Source of the DNA: an uncultured Gammaproteobacteria bacterium
GTDB taxonomy: Bacteria > Patescibacteriota > Microgenomatia > Levybacterales > UBA12049
Direction of reading: 5' to 3'
NCBI GenBank assembly: GCA_964610465.1
Contig: CAZSWA010000008.1
Span: 1-63,080 of the forward strand
Length of the DNA stretch: 63,080 bases
The translations under genes were made by a program, and so were the position numbers. Below, piece by piece: positions 49,993 to 58,264 of this stretch. The notes beneath the pieces were generated by a model, which had not been told where the DNA came from, searched no databases, and was given only the letters and a program-made list of their open reading frames with translations. Within the stretch, counting starts at the first letter, position 1; each line of letters begins with the position of its first letter.

Positions 49993-50022
49993 ATCATAGA
50001 ATAGTTTTTTTCTACTTGTCAA
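49993..50022 (-). promoter_or_regulatory. candidate promoter for pilin paralog 2 (TTGACA - 18 nt - TATGAT)
   Basis: The minus strand reads TTGACAagtagaaaaaaactattcTATGATggttatagattATG. This would give a very short leader with no Shine-Dalgarno. It rests on motif match only. Confidence 0.4.
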
Positions 50023-50104
50023 GGGGCAATATCATTGAGCCGAATTGAGGCTAAAAATAAGGAGAAGGCGCAATGAAATATTGTAAGCAAAAAGAAATTA
50101 TTTT

Positions 50105-50422
50105 TTAGAGTTGTTGAAGATTGACACCAAAAATAGTTCCTAAGGCACTTAGCAAGAAGAAGGAGAGAAGAGTAAGTACAAGTCCGATTATTGCCCAGGT
50201 AAGTCGATTTCTTGCTGCTTGCACTTTTGTTTTATCTCCAGCTGAAGTTATCCATTGTATCCCTCCCCAAACAAGAAAGAAAAGGCAAAGTATGACTGCG
50301 ATAATAAGTACAATGTTTAGACTATTGCGAAGTATTTTAATAAAAGTATTGAGTCCGCCCGTTGCAACACCAGTTGGTGGATTAATTGTCTGTCCGTTTA
50401 CGGACAACGAAAGATACCTCAT
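50105..50422 (-). CDS. VirB2/TrbC-like pilin paralog 3 (Cys-free)
   Basis: The 105-aa ORF has a two-TM hairpin with the loop TSAGDKTKVQAARNRL. It shares the GGTTATAGAT-ATG start context with paralog 2. Confidence 0.7.
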   Translation of the reverse strand: MRYLSLSVNGQTINPPTGVATGGLNTFIKILRNSLNIVLIIAVILCLFFLVWGGIQWITSAGDKTKVQAARNRLTWAIIGLVLTLLSFFLLSALGTIFGVNLQQL

Positions 50423-50476
50423 ATCTATAACCTTACTAACTCACAAAAGAAAAATCAAGTATAAAAAAATAACTGA

Positions 50477-51511
50477 TTAGCATGGTTTGCCCGCTACAGG
50501 TTTACAAGGACTTGTCGCATTGTCTCCCCAGCCTGGGATTTGGAGTACATCCACTCCTACTGTTTCAAGTATCACAAGAGAGAAGATAAGGAATAAAAGT
50601 CCTACGATTGCAGAAGTTAGTCTTTCGCGTGCCCTATTTACCTGCTCTGGTTTGCCTTGTGAAGTAAGAAGTTCATATCCTGAGTAAATAATGATAAGAA
50701 GGGCGATACCGCCAGAAAGAGCAAGCAAAGTACCAAAGAGCCGTGTGATAAAACCTGATGCATCAACTGGCCATGCTCCAAGAGCTGTATTGACCTGCAA
50801 ACAAGTTCCATCCGCACCAAACTGTGCGCAAGGAGGAGCTGGGGGAGAAGGGAATGGATTAAACGTAGGTTGTGTAGGCCCAACAACTGGCGTAGGAACA
50901 ACACAGGTTCCTGTTGCCGCCTGTATACCACCAGCAAGGTCGCAGGTGAGACCTTTGTCCGTGCAACACGGTGGAAGAATGTCCCCACATTTGTCGCCGG
51001 CATTACCGCAGTTATTTGGTATTGACTTGCAGGTTCCCTGAGTTGAGAAACCGCCGGGTACATCACAGTAAAATCCACTACAACAATCGCTATTTATGGA
51101 GCAGGTTCCACCACTTCCTCCGCATGTTTTTCCAACTTGTTGTGTTACGCATTTGCCTGGTGTTTGGCCGTTAATTCCGCTTGAATATCCTTTACATGTA
51201 AGTGGAGGATTCTGTGCGATACAACAATCTTTCATGGTAGAGGTATTGAAGCCAGTACCAATATAACAGTTATCTCCTGGTCCTGCGCAATTCACACCTG
51301 GCTGTGGAATAGCACACGAACCATCTGCATTTGGGTTAAGTGGACTTAGTACGCAAACTAGTGGTTGTGACGGATTGCTACAGCAGGGCTGCAGAGAATT
51401 ACACGTTCCTCCAACATTACTTATACATTGAGCCGCATCTGCTCCGGGAGAAGTTGCAGAAGATAATAAGAGCAGACAACAAAATACTAGTAAAAGCAAT
51501 GTTTTTTTCAC
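50477..51511 (-). CDS. VirB2/TrbC-like pilin paralog 4 with N-terminal four-fold knottin-like cystine-module extension
   Basis: The likely GTG start at 51511 gives the signal peptide (M)KKTLLLLVFCCLLLLSSATSPGADA (ORF open to 51547). Four C-x6-7-C-x5-13-CC-x4-8-C-x11-14-C modules follow, then a P-rich linker and the pilin hairpin (LLIIIYSGYELLTSQGKPEQVNRARERLTSAIVGLLFLIF). Confidence 0.75.
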   Translation of the reverse strand: MKKTLLLLVFCCLLLLSSATSPGADAAQCISNVGGTCNSLQPCCSNPSQPLVCVLSPLNPNADGSCAIPQPGVNCAGPGDNCYIGTGFNTSTMKDCCIAQNPPLTCKGYSSGINGQTPGKCVTQQVGKTCGGSGGTCSINSDCCSGFYCDVPGGFSTQGTCKSIPNNCGNAGDKCGDILPPCCTDKGLTCDLAGGIQAATGTCVVPTPVVGPTQPTFNPFPSPPAPPCAQFGADGTCLQVNTALGAWPVDASGFITRLFGTLLALSGGIALLIIIYSGYELLTSQGKPEQVNRARERLTSAIVGLLFLIFSLVILETVGVDVLQIPGWGDNATSPCKPVAGKPC

Positions 51512-51588
51512 TCTTTTAGCATAACACCAAAAAAGAAAAAAGTGCAAGATGGTTGAAGAAGAACTTACAACACGCTAAAATAAATACT

Positions 51589-52920
51589 ATGGAAGAAAAA
51601 CACTTAGAGTCTTTATATCCTGCAAACGCCCGATTTGATGAGATTCAGAAAATCCTTAATTATATCAAAGAAGGGAATTCCTGTCAGCTTGTTGGTTTGC
51701 CTGGTGTTGGTAGGTCAAATCTTTTGGATTTCTTAGCATATAACCGTAGTATCCGATATGCTCATTTGGGAGAGAAACAAGCTGCAAGTATTCATTTCGT
51801 TCCTGTTGATTTCTCAGAAGTAAGGGGCAAGCAACTTTTTGATGTGATGAAATTTTTGTTTTTATCTCTGGTCGAATCCCTCAGGGACAGAAAAAAGGAA
51901 GAAGAATATACAACAGTTGATAAGATATTTCGGGATTATCTGGGATTTCATGACGAACTGGTATTCTTTCAAGGCTTAAAGCAAGCAATTGATTACCTCG
52001 CTCTTGAGAAGGGATTTACTATTGTCTTCCTTTTTGACCGCTTTGAAGAGTATATCCCCAATGCAACAACTGAGTTTTTTACCAATCTTCGGATTCTGAG
52101 ACGTCATGCCAAGTATCATTTCTCAGTCGTTTTCTCTCTCAACAGACCGCTTGAGGAAATGCTTGAACCATCTCTTTTTGCAGATTTTTATGAATTTGTA
52201 GCAGGACATATTGTATATATGTCTCTTTTTGATAAACCAGGAGTGGATTTCAGGCTTTCTTACTTGCAAAAATTGACCGGCAGGAAGATTCCTGATAAAA
52301 TAATTGAGGAGATAATTCATCTTACAGGAGGACATAGCAAGCTTATCAGACTTTCAGCAGAAGCCTATCTTGCCCATTTCAAAGAAGGAGAAGAGATGAG
52401 TGAGTTTCTTCTTTCTCAAAAACCAGTAAGAAGCGGGCTTATGGAAATTTGGCGTTCTCTTACTCCAGCCGAACAAACAGCGATTCTCAAAAAAGATTTT
52501 GCAGATACCAATATTCGTAGCTATTTTGAAAATGTGGGAGTATTAAAAGATACTACTATCACTATTCCACTTTTTGCGGAATTTATACAGAATCAATTTG
52601 TCCCTGAACAAATAGAAAAGGCAAAAATAGAGTTTGATGAACATACGAATACTATCAAAAAAGGCGAGGTAGTGCTGTCTGACACGCTTACCTCAGCCGA
52701 ATTTCGCCTGCTTAAGCATCTTTTACACAATCAGGATAGGATACTGGAGCGGCAAGAAATAATCCAAATTGTCTGGCAGGATCTCAAGTCTCAAGCTGGA
52801 ATTACTGATCAGGCAGTTGATCAGCTTATTTTTCGATTGAGACGCAAAATAGAAGACAATCCCAACAATCCAGAACATCTGCAAACTGTCAAAGGCCGAG
52901 GATTCAAATTTACCGCGTAA
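51589..52920 (+). CDS. P-loop ATPase (AAA/STAND-like) with C-terminal OmpR/PhoB-type winged-helix domain
   Basis: The Walker-A-like motif is GLPGVGRSNL and the Walker-B-like motif is IVFLFDRFEE. The C-terminus is RQEIIQIVWQDLKSQAGITDQAVDQLIFRLRRKIEDNPNNPEHLQTVKGRGFKF. It is divergent from the pilin genes, and the ATG at 51589 is preferred over the TTG at 51553. Confidence 0.75.
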   Translation: MEEKHLESLYPANARFDEIQKILNYIKEGNSCQLVGLPGVGRSNLLDFLAYNRSIRYAHLGEKQAASIHFVPVDFSEVRGKQLFDVMKFLFLSLVESLRDRKKEEEYTTVDKIFRDYLGFHDELVFFQGLKQAIDYLALEKGFTIVFLFDRFEEYIPNATTEFFTNLRILRRHAKYHFSVVFSLNRPLEEMLEPSLFADFYEFVAGHIVYMSLFDKPGVDFRLSYLQKLTGRKIPDKIIEEIIHLTGGHSKLIRLSAEAYLAHFKEGEEMSEFLLSQKPVRSGLMEIWRSLTPAEQTAILKKDFADTNIRSYFENVGVLKDTTITIPLFAEFIQNQFVPEQIEKAKIEFDEHTNTIKKGEVVLSDTLTSAEFRLLKHLLHNQDRILERQEIIQIVWQDLKSQAGITDQAVDQLIFRLRRKIEDNPNNPEHLQTVKGRGFKFTA

Positions 52921-52996
52921 TATTTGTAAGCTTCCTAAAACTTCTTTATAAGGTTTGTGTCAAGACTTCATGTGCTCCCAAATGTAAACTTCCATT

Positions 52997-55900
52997 ATGA
53001 AAGAGAGAGGACAGAGTCCCAGTGAAGAACCAAATAAAAAGCCGGTTCAAGGCCGAAGTGGTGAAGAAAGATTGACAACTCGTCCTCCAGCGCCGTATGC
53101 TAAAGAGAGAGATATTTTTATGGCAGAAAACGGAGAAGGCCAAAAACCGCAGGGACAAGATCCCAATTCAACACCTAACCAGTCAAGGCGTCCAGAAACA
53201 GGAGGTGAAAGTGGCGGTGGAGAGCCTCCACGTCCTCCAAGAGATACTGCAGGAGCACAAGGCGCCCCAGAAGATGATCAAGGGTCACAGAAACAGAATG
53301 AAGGTCAATCGCAGTCTCAAGAACAACAAAGACAGGATAGGACACAAAGACAATCCAAGCAGCGAGAAAATGAACAGCAAATGAATCCTGATTTATTAAA
53401 AACAACCTTGCAAGATCTAATAGCGCTGCATAAAAGAGATGGTGATAGCCCTAAGGAAGATGAAATTAAAAGATATGAAGCATTTTATCGTCGATTACCT
53501 GTAAATATATTAGGGGAAACCGCAAAAGAAATTGGTGATTTGCTTCACGAATTAAGAAACGTTGGGAAGCCTAACAAAGAAGAAGCATCTTTGAAAGAAA
53601 AAAATGATTTAATTCAATCTATAAAAGATTTACTTCAAAACCCAAACGTTCCTATGCAACTTTACGCAAGGTTTTACAGCCGATTTACAAAGCTCATTGA
53701 AGAAAGTCCTTCATTATTAAACTCGCTTACACAGAAGGATAAAGAGACTTATCAACAGCTTGAAGCTAAGATAAAAAAAGAGCCGGTAGAACACGAAAAG
53801 TCTGATAAGGCTACTATCGATGAGAAAATTAAGAGTATTAAAGAAGGGAGCCTTTCTAAAGATACGGCGAATAACTTTGCTAGTCTCAGATGGTATTTAA
53901 ATATGATAAACGATAGTATAAAAAAGGGAAGTCTTATCTTAACTAAGGAAAATAAAGAGATAATAGAAGAAGCGTTAAGTATACAAGCTTATGACGCAGG
54001 AGGAAGGCCAATCACAGATACTGATGTTTTGAAAAGAATGCAGAATGTAGCTGAAAGATTGGAAGACGAAGTACAGCTCTCCAATTATTTTGATAAAGAA
54101 AATGTGAAAGATGAAACTGAAGGTGAAGAATTAGGATTACCTTCAAATCTTGATAGATTGATACTTCGAGTTATGGATAGTGCACCAGAGGAATATAGAA
54201 GAGGACGGGAAAAAGCCTTAATGGACGAAGAAAATAATATCAATTACCATAATTTTCTTGACTGGATGCGTTATAGAGCATGGGATGAAATTAACACAAA
54301 TCCTAATTCGCGCGTAAATATACTTGGATTATCGGTTCCTGCTCGAGGCTACTATAATATATCGATTGAAGATATGGCAAGACAAGCACGATATATAAGA
54401 AGAGAGAAATATGAGTTTTCTGGTGATGAGACACAGGGAAAAGAACATGTGACCGGAAGGAAATATTACTATACGGACAAATTTTATGAAAAATTTAGAA
54501 CAAAATCACTATTATATGAAGCATGGCTTATAACACAAAGTCACGAGAGAAGCCTTATAAAGCTTACTAGAGCCAACGATAAGGGAGTAGTTGAACAACT
54601 GGCTGGAACATTCAGAATGAATATTATGACTGATAATGGAGAGGATGAAAGTGCCCGTTTTATTCTCATGGCAAAACTCCCCAAACGTGATAAAGAACAG
54701 CTAAGGAGATATGTAGAAGAGGAAGAGGCAGGAGATGTAGGATATATTTTTAATATCCTGACACGGGCATATTATCATCTTGCAGAGCTTGGGGATAATG
54801 ATGAAAGGACACTTAAGGACAACGAATTCTATAACACTCTTGGAGCTACTAGAGTTGATAATTTGTGGAAATTTATGATTAGAAAATCACTCAATAGAGG
54901 AACTCAAGCGCGCGAACAATATAAAGGATACATAAATGGGAGAGTACAAGAACTTCTTACTCAACATAGGTCAAGGTTAAACGATGCAGAAATAAATGAA
55001 GTTGAGAGAGAGATAGCTAGTCTTGGTACTAAAAACGCATCGGAATTGCCAGAGGAAATTGATGAAAGTCCTGAATATCAACGAATAAAAGCTATAATTT
55101 ATCCTAAAATTAATAAGCAAGTTACTGAACGTGACTCGTATCAAGAGCATGAAAAACTTGGTTTGTCACTTCTTAAAACCGCATATGGGTTTGAGAGAAA
55201 AAAATTGAATTATTTCAATGATTCAAATGCTGCTCCAGAGCTTAAGATTTTAGTCGACGATGCATTAGTTGAAACTGTATGTAAAGATGCTGGACTTGAA
55301 GGAAACGAACAGGCATATATTACTCAATGGGTAAGGGATAATTTATATTGGACATTGACAGTCGCAAGAAATGATACCGGAGGGGTAGGATACTTTGCAA
55401 AATACATGAATACAGGATTTTATCGAAAAAGACAAACTGGAGGGAATGAAATAGGCAATCCATACAATATTGATGGATGGAAACATGGGTTATCCTATCT
55501 TGATGCACTACGGTTTACTAAGGTGGGTGGAAATGAAGAAGCAAAGACACTGATCCAAATATTAGGAGAGATGGCTAAGAAAAAAACAACCACAGATAAA
55601 TATGTAGGTCCAGGGCAACAAGAAGCAAACTATTCAGATTTAATGTTACTAAATCAAGTAGAACTATTTGAATGGCTTAGAAAGACAAGAAGAATACAAT
55701 GGGAAGGTTTAAAGAGAACTCAATTTGGAGAAGTAGAAAGTCATGAGTTGGAAGAAAAACTATTGGGGCCTAATCCAAGCTTACGACATTTTATTCAATA
55801 CGGCTTTGATATGATTCAGCCTCAATATGATGCGAGTATACGAACATGGGACTGGGAATACGAAACTGATACTAAAGGGAATTTAATATTGGATGAGCAA

Positions 55901-56377
55901 GGAAGACCAAAATCACCAAAGAAAGTATTCAAAACAGTTACCATAAGAGAGCATATGTTTGATGAGGAAGTACTTAAGATGGGAATGTACGATAGGTTTA
56001 AAACAAATCCATTAGATAAAGAAAAAGCAGTGCTAAGAAACTATTTCTTTTATATTATAGAAAAGGATTTACAAGCACGAAGAACTGCAGGTTCAGGATA
56101 TCCTGGTATTTCTCTTGAACTTATACATATGATAGGAGAATTCTTTCAAAGGCGAGAGATTACTCCTGAAGAGGTAGAAACAGAAGAAGGCAAAAAAAAT
56201 CCAAAGAGGCAAGGTATGCTTGATGAGTATGAATGGAACAAAATCGTTCATATGGCCCATGCAACTGATAAAGAAATGTTACGGGAAGAAGGTTGGGCGG
56301 AAGTCCTTAGTGTGTTAACTATTTTTCTTGGGAGGATGTGGGGAAGTATAGTAAGAAGCTCGGTTCCTAAACCATAA
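52997..56377 (+). CDS. 1126-aa orphan protein with ~130-aa disordered P/Q/G/E-rich N-terminus
   Basis: This is a long uninterrupted ORF that is highly charged (E/K/R-rich). It has no P-loop, HExxH or other motif I recognise, and one possible C-terminal hydrophobic helix (VLSVLTIFLGRMWGSIV). Confidence 0.7.
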   Translation: MKERGQSPSEEPNKKPVQGRSGEERLTTRPPAPYAKERDIFMAENGEGQKPQGQDPNSTPNQSRRPETGGESGGGEPPRPPRDTAGAQGAPEDDQGSQKQNEGQSQSQEQQRQDRTQRQSKQRENEQQMNPDLLKTTLQDLIALHKRDGDSPKEDEIKRYEAFYRRLPVNILGETAKEIGDLLHELRNVGKPNKEEASLKEKNDLIQSIKDLLQNPNVPMQLYARFYSRFTKLIEESPSLLNSLTQKDKETYQQLEAKIKKEPVEHEKSDKATIDEKIKSIKEGSLSKDTANNFASLRWYLNMINDSIKKGSLILTKENKEIIEEALSIQAYDAGGRPITDTDVLKRMQNVAERLEDEVQLSNYFDKENVKDETEGEELGLPSNLDRLILRVMDSAPEEYRRGREKALMDEENNINYHNFLDWMRYRAWDEINTNPNSRVNILGLSVPARGYYNISIEDMARQARYIRREKYEFSGDETQGKEHVTGRKYYYTDKFYEKFRTKSLLYEAWLITQSHERSLIKLTRANDKGVVEQLAGTFRMNIMTDNGEDESARFILMAKLPKRDKEQLRRYVEEEEAGDVGYIFNILTRAYYHLAELGDNDERTLKDNEFYNTLGATRVDNLWKFMIRKSLNRGTQAREQYKGYINGRVQELLTQHRSRLNDAEINEVEREIASLGTKNASELPEEIDESPEYQRIKAIIYPKINKQVTERDSYQEHEKLGLSLLKTAYGFERKKLNYFNDSNAAPELKILVDDALVETVCKDAGLEGNEQAYITQWVRDNLYWTLTVARNDTGGVGYFAKYMNTGFYRKRQTGGNEIGNPYNIDGWKHGLSYLDALRFTKVGGNEEAKTLIQILGEMAKKKTTTDKYVGPGQQEANYSDLMLLNQVELFEWLRKTRRIQWEGLKRTQFGEVESHELEEKLLGPNPSLRHFIQYGFDMIQPQYDASIRTWDWEYETDTKGNLILDEQGRPKSPKKVFKTVTIREHMFDEEVLKMGMYDRFKTNPLDKEKAVLRNYFFYIIEKDLQARRTAGSGYPGISLELIHMIGEFFQRREITPEEVETEEGKKNPKRQGMLDEYEWNKIVHMAHATDKEMLREEGWAEVLSVLTIFLGRMWGSIVRSSVPKP

Positions 56378-56392
56378 AGTCTTTTATTGCTC

Positions 56393-58120
56393 TCAAGTTT
56401 TTTCAGGTTCAGGTTGTCCAAATCTTTCTTTTTGCCCTAATAATCCTTTGACAGCAAGTTCTCTTCGTTGTTGCCATTTGGCAGGAAGTTTGGGGCCACG
56501 TCTTCCTGCGAGAATGTCATATGTATATCCTCTTAAAATACCTGCCTGATGATAATAACTTGCTGGGCGAGTCATTCTTTTCCATGCAAGACCAGAAGCG
56601 CCGGCAACAGGTGCTGCTCCACCCGCAATTCCAGCGCCAATTGCAGCAGATACAGCTTGAGAGGTTTTTGCTCCAATGGAGTTTCTTATAATATCCAAAA
56701 GACTTGGTGTGACAAGTAAAACTCCTAATACTGCCAAAGCCTGAAAATGAGAGATATTGGGGTTTGCGGTAAGTGGAGGGATGAACCATTTATTATCTCC
56801 TGTAGGTTGTACAGTAGTCTCTAGGATACGTGCGAAAACCAAAAGAAGCGCAGTTGCAGGAAAGACTGCAAGATTGGCAAACATACGTCGTATCCATCCT
56901 TGGAATCCTCCTAAAGGTTTGCCTGGTAGAAGTCCAAGAAGAATATAAAGAGGAGAGGCCACAGTATAGACAAGGACCATAGCATACGCTTTGAGAAGGG
57001 CAAACCAGATACGAAAGAGCAATACAATAAGAATAATAAAGATAATAAGTGCTGATACTACTGCCACTAATCTACTTACAATAAATCCGAAAAAATCTGC
57101 TACACAAGCTCCTGGGTCAACGCTAGGAGGGAAACCGCCTATACATTGGGCATTCGGATTTGAATTAAAAAAATTACTGATAATACCACCAATAATAGAA
57201 CCTAATGAGCCAGCAACGTCTCCGGATACACTAAATACGCCTCCTCCTGTAAGGAAATTACAACCTTCTGAAAATACGTCATTAAAAAATCCTAAAGGAT
57301 GAGTAAGTAGATCTTGCGTTGCAAGTTGAGAAAGTGGAGTAGTACCACAACCGCCTCCACCTGCATGAGGGATAGGCACATTCATACCTTGGCCTTGTGT
57401 CATAATGTTAATACCCGCATAGGTTGCTATCCACATCGCATCCACCATAGCCCCTGCGATTGCATAAGAAAAAGTAATAAGAAGAATTCCGATAATAACG
57501 CGTGGAATTTGATTTTGTACGGTCATTACAGTACGAGGGTCAATTTTAATTCTCAGCATTACTGCAAGGCCGATTATGATGAAAACAACAACAAGCGCAA
57601 GATACGCAACATCTCGTATTGACACCCACATGTTAAGAAGGGGACGTAAAGCATCAAATCCGCTATTTTGCGCATATACATGTTTTACGAGGCCAAAATT
57701 ACTTGACATGTAACGGACATAATCTAATCCACTTGCAGGAGGGGTATAAAGAGCAGTAATAAGATTAGTAGATAGCCCAAGAACTCCTCCAATTTGAGTA
57801 GAATTGTTTGGAGCTAGTCCAAGCTTATGAGACTGAGGATTAATTCCCAGACAGGACTGAGTTGGATTTATAGGGTCAACGCCTACTAATTCACAAACTA
57901 CCGCAGAGGTTACTTCGATAAGTACTGACTGAGCGTAAGTATGTAAATTATGAGGGACATTTGAATCAGTATTAGGCACAACATAAGAATTTAAGTCGGT
58001 AGTTGTTTGGGCGTAAGTAATACTTACAAATGGAACTGTGAAAAAAAAGAAGACAAGCAATATACAAAGAGCACAAAAAAGAATTTTTTGTACGCAAAAT
58101 AACCGGGCAGGGAAGCGCAT
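56393..58120 (-). CDS. polytopic membrane protein, VirB6/TrbL-like candidate
   Basis: The 575-aa ORF has an N-terminal signal/TM, a ~140-aa extracytoplasmic segment and then at least 6 TM helices. Its context is a VirB4/VirB2 locus. The family assignment rests on architecture and context, not on a diagnostic motif. Confidence 0.55.
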   Translation of the reverse strand: MRFPARLFCVQKILFCALCILLVFFFFTVPFVSITYAQTTTDLNSYVVPNTDSNVPHNLHTYAQSVLIEVTSAVVCELVGVDPINPTQSCLGINPQSHKLGLAPNNSTQIGGVLGLSTNLITALYTPPASGLDYVRYMSSNFGLVKHVYAQNSGFDALRPLLNMWVSIRDVAYLALVVVFIIIGLAVMLRIKIDPRTVMTVQNQIPRVIIGILLITFSYAIAGAMVDAMWIATYAGINIMTQGQGMNVPIPHAGGGGCGTTPLSQLATQDLLTHPLGFFNDVFSEGCNFLTGGGVFSVSGDVAGSLGSIIGGIISNFFNSNPNAQCIGGFPPSVDPGACVADFFGFIVSRLVAVVSALIIFIILIVLLFRIWFALLKAYAMVLVYTVASPLYILLGLLPGKPLGGFQGWIRRMFANLAVFPATALLLVFARILETTVQPTGDNKWFIPPLTANPNISHFQALAVLGVLLVTPSLLDIIRNSIGAKTSQAVSAAIGAGIAGGAAPVAGASGLAWKRMTRPASYYHQAGILRGYTYDILAGRRGPKLPAKWQQRRELAVKGLLGQKERFGQPEPEKT

Positions 58121-58163
58121 ATATACTTTAGTTTGGTATATTTTATAGTGAATGTCAAGTTAG

Positions 58164-58250
58164 CGGTGGGACCGGGATTCGAACCCGGGGTAACCTTACG
58201 GCTACACACGCTCTCCAAGCGTGCTCTTTAAACCACTCAGACATCCCACC
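58164..58250 (-). tRNA. tRNA-Ser(GGA), class II, CCA not encoded
   Basis: The reverse complement folds with acceptor GGTGGGA/TCCCACC and anticodon stem CACGC/GCGTG with loop TTGGAGA. It has a long variable arm, the T-arm CCGGG-TTCGAAT-CCCGG and discriminator G. Confidence 0.9.
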
Positions 58251-58264
58251 ATCGTTACTATTAT

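Noticed and set aside
50121-51174. ORFs on the plus strand and in alternative minus frames across the pilin genes (50121..50480, 50487..50687, 50638..51078, 50691..51041, 50971..51174).
   Set aside because: They are shadow ORFs of the Cys-rich and pilin coding frames. The pilin frames carry signal peptides, TM hairpins and a repeated Cys pattern, and the alternatives show nothing comparable.
43840-58120. Integrative conjugative element or plasmid-derived island.
   Set aside because: No relaxase, coupling protein, integrase/recombinase, replication gene or flanking direct repeats were seen. The adjacent tRNA-Ser is intact, and I could not find a duplicated 3' end.
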